A model generated the notes under the pieces. It was not told the origin of the DNA, ran no database searches, and worked only from the letters and a program-made list of their open reading frames with translations. Both the position numbers and the translations under genes were made by a program. Shown piece after piece: positions 39,987 to 53,591 of a DNA stretch of 64,000 nt. How positions within the stretch are numbered: the stretch's first letter is position 1; every line of letters starts with the position of its first letter. This stretch comes from Cenococcum geophilum. Taxonomy: Eukaryota. The stretch lies in contig CP158635.1 in assembly GCA_050273025.1 (NCBI GenBank), forward strand, positions 21,328,001 through 21,392,000, read 5' to 3'.

Positions 39987-42231
39987 CCCTTGCATTGTTG
40001 ATGTGATATAAAATGTGGCCCGTGCGCGCGATCAAGAACATCGAAACTTCTTCGCGTCAAGTTGTAAATCTATAGCTTCATCAATCAAATACACTACAAT
40101 CATGGTGCGCAATTGTGAAAGTAATGATATAGACTTTGTTCCTTATACCCAACACCCAAAATACGCGTCTCAGAAGTCTCGAAACCCTCCTCCTGAGCCC
40201 TAGCCCTTACCTAATTTCGAACCTCTTCCTATTAAGAACAAAAATACCTATAGCAAGCCGAATCTTCCTTCCAATATTAATAATAGCGACCCTCTATAGC
40301 TATTTAAGCTATTCTTTATAGACGAAATTTTAGATTAACTTGTGGAGTATACAAATAGGAACGCGGAGCTCTACTAGACTCCGGAGGATAAGACTCCAAA
40401 GGGACGCCCGCGGAAGTGGAAGCCAATATTAAGGGCAGAGCTGTATGCATACTTAGCAGTACTAATTCATATAGGGCTATATATAGAAAGTAGCATTAAG
40501 GAGTATTGGCGTAAAGACTTTAGTTATAGCTTAATACACATTATTCGGAACTTTATTAGACTTAATAGATTTCACCAGATTAACCGCTACTTCTACTATA
40601 CCAAACTATAAGAAGATAATAACGAAGCTTTCCGGAATACTTTTAAAAGGATATGGGACCTTAGTAAGCACCTGCGCGTGCTCTATAGGAAGCTCTATAC
40701 CCCTAGTATATACCTTGCCGTCAATAAGATAATTAAACGGTTTACTAGCTAGGCTCCTAAAATCGTTAATATTCCTACTAAGCCGACGCCAGAGGGCTTC
40801 AAAATCTAGGTTTTAGGTAATTAAGGCTACGTTCTTAACTAGATATTCCACGCTAAAGGTAATAAGAAAGGACTATATAATCTGGATAAGGTGTACATAA
40901 AGGAGGAAGGCTTTTCCAAAACGCAGGTAGTAGTACTCGACTTGCTATTATAGAGAGACGACCTTACTAACAAGCCACTTTATCCACCAAATAAACACAT
41001 AGTGTGGCTTAATAACTTATTCATAAGCGTTAAGCTACTCTCTCGGCTTCGAGAGGTCGGAATTGGCGCGTTAGGGACTGTACGCACTACTAAAACAAAG
41101 CGGGAGGAGCAGGAGGAGGCTTCGGGCGAAGTTAAGGCCCAGCATAGAGCTCTAATTAAGTAAATTAGCTCCTCCCTTGCAGAGCTTAAATTGGTATTCA
41201 ACAACTAGATACTATAGGGTTCCTTATATAGAGAGCTTTCTAAAGACTCTACGGTTGCTTAATTTGCCTAGAAAGATTTAAATATAGTACTGTTTATAAG
41301 TACGGTCCTTAACGGTAAGTTTACCTAAACTTAAGATGAGGCTCTGCTACCAAAAATAGTATCTAACGTCATCTATCGCAGGATTTCAATCAATTAAATG
41401 GCCACGACAACGCCCTGCAAAGACCTCTACCGGTGCTGCAATAACTTAGAAGATCTTTAGCAGTAATATAGTTAAGGTATTATAGATTCCGCTATTTATT
41501 AACCTCTACAATTACTATATAAAAGGCGTTAATACTGCTAATTAGATAAGATCTTATTATAGCTCCCTCCAACATTACCGCAAGACTTAGAAGTCTCTAT
41601 TCTACTTCCTCCTTAATATAATTGTTACCAACTACTATAAGCTATCTTCCTACTCTACCAACGGCTGGCTAAAATAAAGTGGTTATAGGAAGTTCCTTAA
41701 ACAACTTATAAACTCTCTATTTAAGCTTTCTACCTAAATACCTTAAAGCAATTATGCGCGGGTCTCTATAGATTAAATATAGTGGTACCCGGCGATACAT
41801 CATAGATATAAGGCAGTTAAAATTAATATAAAGCCAATGACTTGCTCTGCATGCTTAGAGGCAGAAAGAAAGAGCTAAATTAAGAAACCTTTAAGTAGGA
41901 AGCCTCTCTGCGAGCTTTCAGTGAATACAACAAAGAGGTCGCGCGATAGTAAGGAGTTTAAGAGACCTCAAAGGTCACCAAGAATAACGTACGGGTGTAG
42001 ACTCTGTCGAATACCACTTTATAAAGTCGGCCCGTGTTAGCAGGAGCACGTAGATCGGCTCAACACCAAGGAATAAGTGTCTATATGTAATATACACCAA
42101 CATTTCAATATATTCGTAGCTTCAGTTAAGACTTTTAGTGATGTGGCAGAACGATTGACCGCCTAGGAATGCAGCTTATTGATTGGTGCGCACGGGCCAC
42201 AATTTATTGGACGTAAACAACAATGCAAGGG
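39987..42231 (+). mobile_element. piggyBac-like DNA transposon, RIP-degraded
   Basis: TIR CCCTTGCATTGTTG / CAACAATGCAAGGG plus subterminal IR TGTGGCCCGTGCGC. Transposase relics NIPTKPTPEGFKI, HIVWLNNLF, GIGALGTVR and YNYYIKGVN, with a C-terminal Cys-rich domain. ATG about 40102, stop about 42075. Confidence 0.9.
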
Positions 42232-42393
42232 ATACTTAGATTAGGGTATAATATTCATGTGGGCTATCATATTCGTTACGGAGGGTCTACATTCGCCAAA
42301 GTGATGATCTAGTGTTCACACGCTGCTTTCATATCCTCTTTCATGTCAATGCTGCACTTATAAGATCTACTTGGTGATAGTTAAAAGGACTTA

Positions 42394-42593
42394 GGGCCGT
42401 TCGGTTGCGAAAACGTCATATCTGAATTGAAAGTCCGGCAGAAAAAGCGCGTTCCTCCCTGATTTGTCATGCGTCTGTGGCTTTATAAATCGCACGGGTG
42501 TGTGCGATCTAAAGCCTTCAGATTAAGTTGAATTCTGAATCAGGAGCTTTGAGCTCCTTTTCAAAGGATAGAGAAAAGAAAGTGAGCCGCCCT
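42394..42593. mobile_element. Truncated member of the Harbinger-like MITE family
   Basis: Starts TTA|GGGCCGTTCGGTTGC. 42533-42564 is the near reverse complement of 26642-26673 (TTGAAAAGGAGCTCCAAGCTCCTGATTCAGAA). Right end degenerate. Confidence 0.65.
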
Positions 42594-42615
42594 AGGTGTT
42601 ATTATCTACTTCTGC

Positions 42616-43601
42616 CTAGCCCGTGGTGTTGTTAGAAAGCCTGTTAGGTGGTCGCAGATCCTTAAAGTCCATGTTCATAATAACTCCAGCGGCTGCAAAG
42701 CTCCTCTTGTCGGCGGTGACATCCGAAATATCCTGATTAATCTTCAACCCTTCACCTGTTATGTTAACGAATCCTGCCAGGGCCGTACTGTCATCTGTCG
42801 CCCTAACACCTTTGATCTTCTGTCCTGTACGTTCATAGACGGTCCTTGAGAGCGCCTCTTCACATATCCTCCGGAAACTATCATTAGAGGCTTTCTGTTT
42901 CTGTATTTCCTGGAGCAGTTCCTGTCTGCTCAGCTCTGCTTCTTCACTTGGTTGAGTGCTGCTGACTGGCAGCTGCTGTAGGCTGTTCTCTATAGCCGAT
43001 CGTTCGCTTTCCGCTCGGTGAATCTCTCGGTGAATGGCAGCTTCATTCTGCCGCAACATCATATCCTTCATCTCATTCATAAAATACCCCTGCTGGATCG
43101 ATGTAAGACTGCCATCGCGTCAGCCAGAGGCCTTCACATAAATACGTTTCGGTATTCTATAGGAGGACACACGTACATGTGGGCCGTTTGAAGCGTCACA
43201 TTCAGCGTACTCTTACAGTCGCTAAGTTGGGCCCTGAAAGTCTTTATCCTTTCCTGCCTAAAGAGACCCACTCTCCATCTATCCGCCCAGAATATCTTCT
43301 CTTCGGTCGAATGCTTCATCCAGCCACTGAGTAGCATTTGAAAGCCTGTACATGCTCTATTGCAGTTCTCCACAGCGGACTTGACCTCGGCGCTGAGGAC
43401 GATCTGTGAGCCATCGCTTTGAGACGCCGTATCCAATTTACGAAGAACGGGCTCGACTGCTCGTAGATCGAGGTTTATATTCCGAATAGTGTCAGGCGCA
43501 TCCTTAATGTTATCAATTGTGGCAGAAAGGAACTGGACACTCTGGACAGCCGCTCCGGCAATGCCCACAACTGAGGCAGCGGCACCAAGACCATCAGCCA
43601 T
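42616..43601 (-). CDS. HeLo-like (HELL/SesA-type) cell-death effector with C-terminal two-repeat HET-s-related amyloid motif, 305 aa
   Basis: Exons 43601-43177 and 43108-42616, intact frame. N-terminal hydrophobic helix MADGLGAAASVVGIAGAAV and IKDAP motif of fungal HeLo-like N-terminal domains. Tail pseudo-repeats QKIKGVRATDDSTALAGFV and QDISDVTADKRSFAAAGVI, then MDFKDL. Confidence 0.85.
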
Positions 43602-44008
43602 CGCCAAACAGATGTCTTGGACAGGAACGAAATCAGGTACTTCTCAAACACGGGAGAACTCTAGGGCAGCTGCAGAAATGGCCGATGCACACCTTTTTAA
43701 TATGTTGATTGGGTTTGCAGTAGGCAGGTATGGGGACGCAGCGGGACAGCTGAGTTTCAGCCGCAGTATGGTGGGCCATACGCAGTTGCACACGTAGACT
43801 AAGCCACAACCCGAACGTGAGGACGAGCTATCGATTATCTCATCTCTCTCACAGCAGATACGCCTTACAATAACGCCGGCCTTTGCGGACTCGATGCCAA
43901 ACCCGCAACAGCGATCTCCGAAAACCCTAAATACGATGATTCAGCGGAGCGCGTAACATATGTAGGCATCGATGTCGAGCGCTTCGCTGCCCCACCAACA
44001 ATATATTA

Positions 44009-47000
44009 ACGTAGCTGACCGGGAAGCGAGCCACCCCACGTAGCGAGCCACCAAGAATATGCCTTACCATTTTTTATTTCATAGCAAATTACACCAAAAC
44101 CAAAAAGTCTTAGCATATTACACAATGCTAAATTAATCTTTGCCCTCTTATAAAGCCGAAACCACCATATAAATTGTTATATAGGATGTCTCTTCTGGTG
44201 TTGAGCTATCGATTCGCAAGGCCTTAGGCGCCCATAGAGTACCTAGATCTACCGTTAAACAGTCTTATTAGCCGTCTCCCACGATACAAAGCTTACCCCA
44301 GCTTATTGCATCCTTTATAAGAAGAGTAAATTATTAGATGGATTAACGAATGCTAATCCTAGGGCCTTCCGTTAAAGGTTAATATGCTTTTAAAACTAGC
44401 TTATCCCCTTTTAGGAAAAGGCCGAACCGTAGGTAAGTATTAGGGGTAGAGATTTGTTCAACACCACAGTCTTAGTACTATATTAAGTCGTTAGCTTAAC
44501 TACTAGGGAGCTTAAAATAACGATCTGGCAGTTATATATAATTAGTATAGGTTCTTTTATGCCGTATATAAGCAATATTAAGTTAAGTATTTAAATTTTA
44601 TTTATAACTTTAATAAGAAAGGAGTAATACTAGGCCTTATAGCGGTGTCTTAAGTAATTATATCGGGTAAGGCGTATAGAGAGAGGTTAAAAAATTAAAA
44701 AGTTATATAGCTAGGCACTTATAGAATAGTATTTATAATTAAGACAATTTACCCTAATGGCTCTCTACTACCTAACTTTTTAATTTAAAAGGCGTAATAC
44801 TACTAGAAAGAATAGTATTAAATTAGTAAGTAAAATAGGGGCCTTTATAGATATATATAAGCTACCTCCCCTAGTAGGTAAATAGATAACTCTTTAGGCC
44901 TATATTATATTAAATATTATAATAAATATATAAGATATATTATAGAATATTTTAGCGGTAAAATATAGTAATATCGCCTACTTTTAATAGATAATTATTT
45001 AAGCTACTATAAGAGGCCAGCCTGACCAGAACGTATAATTATCTAATCAACAGTGTTACTAGTAAGTAGAAGGTAAGTTAAAGGTAAATAGAAGGTAAGT
45101 TAAAGGTAGAATAAGTTTCATATATTAAAGGACAAATGCTTCTAACCACTTCTATTTAGAGACTAATCGCTAGTTCTTCTCTAGAGGAGAACCAGCTCCC
45201 TATATAATCTTTCTAAAACGCTAGCAAAACCCTTTGCCCCTTATCTGTCTAACCGTGTCTTTTAGGACGTAGATGGAATATAGGTAAGACCTCCTTCTAG
45301 AATATAGATGAGACCTCCTTCTAGAATATAGATGAGACCTCCTTCTGTCTTATCTAATATATACCTTCTAGGGAATTCCGTTACAATTGCCTCCCCTTTA
45401 AGGGTCTTAGTCCTCTAAGACTTCGCCTCTACTAAGCTTTTATAAAGTTCCAGCTAAAACCACTAGGGAAATTCTTAGTAGAAAGGTACTCTATAATGCG
45501 GCTTATAGCTAGTTCTTCACTAGCATAGAACCTTACTTTGTCCTTAGTTCCTCTACTTTTTTCCTACCATAGTTCCCTATAATGCCTTTGTAATGGAACT
45601 AAAATAATAATAATAAAAATTAGATAGGATTTACCTTTCTTATTATAAGAGTTTATTATAAGTTAATCTAGAGGTTGTTCTATACAACGCGTCTATAAGC
45701 TACTATCCCTATTTACCTAAAATGGATTCTAATAATAACATCTTTATTTTAATTTTCTTTCAGTTTATAAGCTGTCGCCTCTTACGCGTCTTTTTATTAA
45801 TAACACTATTTATCTTATCTTTTAGCAGACTGTTTCCTCTATATCTCCGCTTTTAGCTTCCATATCTCTAGCTATTTTTTTTATAGCTGCTTTATTCTCT
45901 TCTTATAACACGTCTATAAGCAATAGGATTCCTACCTTATCTTCTTATAATAATACTAACTTCTTAGAGTATTCTTTTATAATGGCTTATGGTCCCTAAA
46001 CCGGCGGCAGTATTATTAATCTCCCAGTGACGCCCTAGACAGCGTCTATTACTCCTACAGCAGTTTCCCTAAAATACTATTGTCGCTGCGTTTATACTCT
46101 TACGTAAGATTCTTCCTACGTTTATAAGATACCTTACTCTAGTAAAAATAAATCTAAGTGCTCTTATTATTATAGTAGGAGAAAAACCTACGTTCTAGTA
46201 TTTCCCATTCTATCCTATTCTAGATTTCGCTAATTATACTAGATCTTTACTATCTATATATATAAGACTTATAGGCTCTAACGCGCTATCTAAGATTTCC
46301 GCCGATATTTTAATAGTAATAGGCGGGGATAGAAGGTGTCTTCCCTTACTTACAGACTCTTTAATTTTATAAGGGTTTCCATTACTATAGAGACGTAATG
46401 TTCTTAGATATATAGTGTCTAGAAGCGTATATACAAACAGCTTATCCTTATTAATAATAACATTTATACTCTTACGCGGGCTACTCTAGCCAGGTAAGTT
46501 TCTCTAGTAACTTACTTAGGAACTATACTAACTCCTTTAGCTAATATCTCTTTAATCTCTGCTTAGACGCCAATTTAGAACCTAGGGATACTAAGGATAG
46601 CAACAAAGGTTAAGATAAACGTTTTCTTTGCTAGTTTCCCGCCTATGCTAGTCCTTCTAGTACCTATTATTCTAAGAAGAATATTAATAGAAGTGCTAAT
46701 GCTTCTAGGGATAAAGGAGCTAATAATACTATTAATAATAACATTAAGATAGAAGAGGAGGCTCCTGTTATTGCTGTTAGTATTTAAGTTATTACCTAGC
46801 TCTTTCCTTTTTATAAAATAGCTTTATATAGTGCCTCTCGGGTGCCTCTAGGATGCCCTATTATTGGGAATTAACTTTATACTTTAGGGATACCTTTATT
46901 CTAAGCTTCGGTAACAATCTATATAAACGTAGTGCACTATTATAATCCCCATATATAATAAACGGGTAGTATTCCTATAGGTGCCTTATAATTCCTTAAA

Positions 47001-50000
47001 ATTTCTAATTCTTTATAGGCTATCCTTTTGCTCCTCTTTATACCATTAACTCTACTACATATCTCCGGTGCTAGGCTAGATACTCTTCTTTTATCCCTAG
47101 GGGATCTTGCTAAATCCCTAAGGCCACTTCTTATAGTGCTACTACTCCTTCTTATACAGTATCTTCTTTAAATAGTATCCCTAGTAGTTCTTCTATGGAT
47201 TTCTATAGGCTTCCTCTTATAGAATTTTAGGATCCCTATTATAATAGCGAAACATTTCCGTTCTTAATGCCTATACTTAATCCTATAGTTTTAATTTATA
47301 GGGTCTTCCCTATTACTTTACCTATAGTATATCCGGAACCATTTCTAAGTCTTTACCTTTAGTTCTTAGGAAGGTTTTAATTACGGTGTTATATCCCAGC
47401 TAAAGGTACTCCTTAGGTTCCCAACTATTATACGCCTAAAAGTATCCTTCCTAATAAACTAAAAATTCGCGCTTCTTCTAGCGCCATCTTTAGTCTAGTA
47501 TATCTTCTACATTCTATTCTAGTTCCCTATTAATTTTGCTAGGTAGGGGCGGTTCTACACTATCTCTTCTCCAGTATAGCTTTAGTAAGGAAATATAAAA
47601 TATAGGATATATTAGATAAGATTTCGGTAATTCCAATTTATAGGCTTAGTTTCCTTTAGTTTTCTTAACTATCTTAAAGGGTCCGAGCTACTAGTAATCC
47701 AGCTTCTTCTTAATGCGTTTTATTTAGATATTTTTTATAAATAGTAAGACTTCGTCTCCTATCTCAAATTCTTTCGGCATATATTTTTCGTTATAGTACC
47801 TTTTTTATACAGCCTAGGCGTCTAGCAAGTGCTTTTTAAGTTCCTCTCTACGAATTCTTATTTGCTTAATTCTTTTAGACGCCGCTAGTGCCTCTCTTTT
47901 AGAAACAATATCCTTAACGTTCTAGGGGTTATTTGCTTTTACCCCAAACAATGCTTTATAAGGGGTCATTTTTATACTATTATAGATGCTTATATTATAT
48001 ATATGCTACGCTAGAGCTAATTATAATGTCTAATTATCCTGTTAATAATTAATATAGCAGTGGAGGTAGTGTTCCAATAACGCATTTAGACGCTCTATTT
48101 ACCCATCTATTTGCGGGTAAAAGGTAATACTTATCCTTTGCCGTATTTTTAATAAGAGACAGAATAAAGACCAAAATGCACTATTAAATACGGTGCCTCT
48201 GTTAGATATAATTCCCCTTAGCGTACTAAATAAGAGCTACTATTCTAAAAACAGGTCTGCCAGTTCTGCTACTATAATTATTATTATAACAGCAAAGTAT
48301 CCTAAAAACTTTATATACCTATTAACGATTACTAGAATAGCGTTAGTAACCTCTCCAGTTCTTATCTTAGTAGGGGGTAAGCCTATAATAAAATCCATTA
48401 TTAATTCTAATATAGGTCCCTACGGAATAGGAAGTACTAATAACTCGCCGTATAGGTAATGCCTGGATATCTATATCCTTTAGCACGTATTACACCTTAA
48501 TATATAGTCCTTAACCTCTTTAGATATTCCGTCCTAAAAGTATTTCCTTTAAACGGCCTTAAGGGTTCTATTGGCACCGTAGTAACCCCTAAAAGGGTTA
48601 TTATAAAAAACTTTTAGAATTTTGTCTTAAATTACTTGGTCCTTTAGGATATATATAGCACCCTTAAAGCGCAATAAACCCTTTTAGTCTTACTACTATA
48701 GCTTCTTAGTAACTCTGGCTAAGTTGGTCTCTACTATATTTTTCTACCTCTCCCTAGAGGCGAAGGCGTCCCTTTATTAAGCTTAAAGAAGAAGATTTAG
48801 AAAGGTTTTATATAGATTACTTACTTTTATTTTACCTGCCGCTATTATAAACTTAAGGCGTAGCATAAGACGTTTTAAACCATTAGTGCTAGCAGATTCT
48901 CCTACTATTATGCAGTGTGCCACGCTATAGATAGGTATCTCGCTTATCCCCCTTAGATCTAAGAACTCGTAGCTAATGCGCCGTCAAGTCAAAGGTGCCG
49001 CGACACCTCTAGCACATCCTATAGAATTCTCGCTAATTCTAGGGTACGCTAACTTTATAACGTCTGCTTGGTCTATAACCTAGTCTATAACTATATCCTA
49101 CAGCTCTACAATTATATCGCTTCGTAGCTGCATTATTAGGACCTCTGCCCTATTATAAAATTCTATAGTTCTAGGAAAAGAGTCTTCTTTCTTTCTAAGC
49201 AAATTTTGCAATATAGGGATTATTTCCCCTATACTATCCTAGGTCCTCCCTATCTTGTAATCTAGACGTCTTAATAACCTATTAGTAGGATTTGTCTTTC
49301 CTAGGCGGTACGTAATCTTAAAATTGTACTATAATAGTGCCTCTACCTACCTAGCTTATTAACCGCTTAACACCTTTATAGTTATAAAGTATTCTAGGTT
49401 ATTATAGTTTATAAGGACTTTAATGGGATAATTGCTTCCTATATAATAATGTCGCCAGTGCTTTATTACTGCGATTATTATAAGTAGCTTCTAGTCGTGC
49501 GTTATATAACGCTGCTCTATAGGGGTCATTTTCCTTAACTAAAACGCTATAGAATGCTATTTTCCGTCTTTTAATTAAGATATAATTGCCCCTAGGGTAA
49601 AGCCGGATATATCCGTTTTAAGGTATATATATAGCTCCTAGTAGAAGTGTATTAGGATAGGCGCCGACATAAATAAATCCTTTAACCAGTCTATAGCTTA
49701 CTTAGTAGCTTTCCTAAATATAAAGGGTCCTAACTTCCTGCCATTCTTAGATCCTTTTAGTAGATTGGTAATTGGGAGTATTACTTATAAGTAGTAAATA
49801 ATAAACGTTTGGTAGAAGTTTACCGTGCCTAAGAAAACCTATACTTCTCTAAATATTATAGGGTAGGGCTATTCCCTAATAGCGTCCACCCGACTTTTCT
49901 CTATTAACACTCCGTTAACGCTAATGATAAAGCCTAAAAAATTAATGCTAGTAGTATAGAACGTGCACTTTTTTAGGTTTATATAGAGCTTATATTCCCG

Positions 50001-53000
50001 CAGTCTTTCTAGTACTATTCGCACGTAGTGCATATATACTTCGTAGTTATTAGAGTAGACTATAATGTTATTAAGGTAGACTATATATATTATATCTAAT
50101 AGGCCTAACAATACCTTATTAATATAGGCCTAAAATATCGCTAGTGCGTTAGTAAGCCTAAATAGCATTACTAGGTACTTAAAGTGGCCGTACTATATTT
50201 AGAATACCGTTTTCCACTTATTGCCGGCTTTAATTTGGATTTAATAGTATATATCTTTTAGATCCAATTTCGTGAATATCTTTACGCCCAACAGCCTATT
50301 AATAAGCTCCCCTATTAAGGGTAACAGGTAGCGATTTTTTATAGTAATCTTATTTAGCGCCTAATAGTTAATATAAAGGCAAAGGGTCCTATCCTTCTTA
50401 GGTATAAATATAATTGGCGCCCCTACTAGGCTTATAGAGGGCCAAATCCATCCTCTTTAAAGATTGTCTATTATATATTAACGCAGTACCGCTAGCTTAT
50501 TTTCTAATAGGTTATATAGCGGTCTAAAAGGAGGTTGTTTATCCCCTATATTTATCTTATACTTAACTAATATAGGGTTAGGTAAGGTTTATATAGCCTC
50601 TTTACTAGAAATATCCTCTAAGTCCGTATATTCCTATAGAATCTTTAGTTCCTTAACTACGTATAGCCGGATATCCAAAAATAAATATTCTATGTCCCCG
50701 TTCTTAGTGTTAAGAGTGGCATATATAGTATATGCCCACCCTTCTTCTTGCATATAGTTTAAGAAAGTCTCTTAATCTTTAACTATAATACGCGGTTAAG
50801 ACTTCTAATGTTAATACGAGGCTAAAGGCCAATTAATGTCCGGATTAACTTGGTAAAGCTATAGGTATCCCAAAACAAGGTTGTACCCCTTAATTTCTGT
50901 AGTATAGAAGCGCATCTCCTACGTGTCCTATAGACTATCGCGGTCCTAGCTGGCTATAGAAAAAGCCTATTTCTTATAGTATGGAATCTAGTGGCCTTTA
51001 ATGCTTTAAATGGTGCGCACCTGTAAGCCACTAAGGTCCAAATCTAATTCTTTTACTAGTAATTAAGAAATGAACCCTATACTCGCGCCGCTATCTATAA
51101 GGCAGTCTTACGTCACCTATTTATTATTAACTTAAATAGAGACAGGAATAACCATGCGGTAATTTACTCCCTCCTTCTCTTACTAGCCTAGTGTAAGGGA
51201 GTAAAGATCTACTAGGCTGTCTCTTTTCCTAATTAGGCCGACTCTTGCTTCTTCTACTAGTAGAAGCGGCTTATATAGCCCTTCTTGCCGCAGTTATAAT
51301 AGGTGCGTGTCTCCTAGTTTCCCTTTTACAGATTAGGTCTCTGCCTATTGTTATTTTAGGGTTAACTAGCGTTACTCTAGGGCTGCGAGGCCTGCTTACG
51401 TTATCCTTCTATAGAGTAGTTAGGTCGGAATCTGCCCCTATTATTAAAGCTAGGTCTAGTCCTACGCTCTTTATTATTAGCGTCTTATTCCTTTCACTTA
51501 CCTAAATAGTCTCTTTTAGCACTCTTAATCCGAGTAGCTTTAAAGATAAGCTTTTCTTAAGAGGTAGGAATTTCGCCCTTCTCTTATATGGCCTGTTAAA
51601 TCTTAGGTTATAGCTTAGTGAGTAGCTAGTGAAGTTATATAGCGTTATCCCACAGATCTAAATAGGGTATATTATTTTCTAGTTCTTCTAAGTAGTTTAT
51701 AAACTAGACCATAGTCTAACCATCCCGCTATTTAGCGTCGTGGTATTACTGGTTATAGTCTATCCCTTAATTAGTAGGGTTTTAGACCTAATCGACTAAC
51801 CAGGTCCTAAGTTTGCTAAATTTAAAGGGTATAGTAAGTTTCTTCTTATAGCGTGTTTATAAACTCTTAACGGTGCCACGTAGGAAGGTAGAAGTAATTA
51901 GTATCTAATTATACTCATTAGAGTAACGTTTTGGATCTAGCCGAAACTTAGTTTCGCATTATTAAATAAAATAATTATAGTTCCGAAGACTATTACTATA
52001 GTACTTATTAGGTTCCTTTATGCGGAATTTAGGTTTTTCTAACGTTATAGTATAGTATGGCGTTACCCCTTTAAGTCCGCTTCGTGTCTAGGGTGTCTAT
52101 ACTTCCCCTAATTATCCTTATAATTGTTCTTAGTAGTCTTAATATACTTATCTTAATTATATCTCTAACTCCTTTGTTTTTTATAGGGTCTTATATAGCG
52201 ACCGCTTTAATAACTCCCTAGTAATAATTATTTCTAAGGGTCTTATAAGGTTAGACGGACTAGCCGTAGCTTCTTTATAGGAAGAGGGAATGCGCTCCTC
52301 TAGGGAGACTCTTTAAGCCTCTTGCGGTAAGGGCGTTGCTTTATAGGGTACAGGAGTATAGTTTGTTATTATTAATTAATAGCCGTATGTTCCTAACGGA
52401 TTATAAGCGATTAGAATTATAAGAGGCCAGCCTAATTAGAACGTATAATTATCTAATTAACAGTATTACTAGTAAGTAGAAGGTAAGTCAAAGGTAAATA
52501 GAAGGTAAGTTAAAGGTAGAATAAGTTTTATATATTAAAGGATAAATGCTTCTAACCACTTCTATTTAGAGACTAATCGCTAGTTCTTCTCTAGAGGAGA
52601 ACTAGCTCCCTATATAATCTTTCTAAGACGCTAGTAAAACCCTTTACCCCTTATTTGTCTAACTGTGTCTTCTGGGACGTAAATAGAACATAGGTGAGAC
52701 CTCCTTTTGGAATATAGATAAGACCTCCTTCTGGAACATAGATGAGACCTCCTTCTGGAACATAGATGAGACCTCCTTCTGTCTCATCTGATATGTACCT
52801 TCTGGGGAATTCCGTTACAGCTACCTTCCTTAGCAATTCGTTGAGTATACGCTCGCGCGTAAGATTATCTTAGTAGCTTTATTACCTTATTTAACCTATA
52901 AGCTTTAACTACTAGATATAGGTTATTTTAGGCTACTCTTTTACTACTACTGGAAGTAAGTAGATGGCTTCTATTAATATAGCTACTTAGGCGTTAATAA

Positions 53001-53591
53001 GGAACATTTTTAAAGCTTTACCTAAAGGCGTATATGTAGGTATTTACTTTTAATACAATCTATAGCACCTAGAAAGCTATAGGCCTTCTACCTTATAATT
53101 CTACTGCTTTCTTAAAGACTCCTACCTATATAGAGGTAAGCCTAATTCTAATTATACTTACCGGGGTTTAGAACGGCTCTATTTAATATAGCGACGTTAA
53201 GCTTTATAGAATTATTAGTGTCTTTAAAGTACGTAAAGTAGTAGGTATATTTAATTCCTCTATATCCTAGCCATTATAAGGCTCTCTTATATATTTAGGT
53301 GTAACCTGTAGCTTACAAATGAGTGGATTAATGGGTTATTGATCCGGAAAGGGACGTTGTAGGAATATAGTGGTCGCCTGTGCAATTAGTAGGCGCGCGG
53401 GTCTATATCACCACCATAACGTAGTTAAATTAATTTAAGCAATATTGCGATTGAAAGAGTAATATAAAAGCTTCAATTTGGCCTATTTAATATATATATC
53501 AGCTCGTTGTTTTGATTTTATTATAAATTAATCAAATATCACCTGTATGTGGCTCGCTACGTGGGGTGGCTCGCTTCCCGGTCAGCTACGT
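44009..53591 (+). mobile_element. Fot1/pogo DNA transposon (about 1.77 kb net) carrying a nested Gypsy element
   Basis: TIR ACGTAGCTGACCGGGAAGCGAGCCACCCCACGTAGCGAGCCAC at both ends with TA duplication (44007-8, 53592-3). RIPped transposase (YNFNKKG; LLLIDNYLSY, the DGHSSH equivalent) is split by the LTR element. Confidence 0.92.
45008..52819 (-). mobile_element. Ty3/Gypsy chromovirus-type LTR retrotransposon, full length, heavily RIPped
   Basis: LTRs 45008-45385 and 52418-52819 with 5-bp TSD GCTAC. Minus-strand relics in Gypsy order: gag Zn knuckle (about 51270), protease LIDSGA (about 51090), RT YLNN for YLDD (about 50070), RNase H, integrase, chromodomain (about 47410-47530). Confidence 0.95.

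Noticed and set aside
52651..52836. 61-aa ORF with EGGLIYVP repeats
   Set aside because: It is a translation of the 24-bp tandem repeat inside the LTR.
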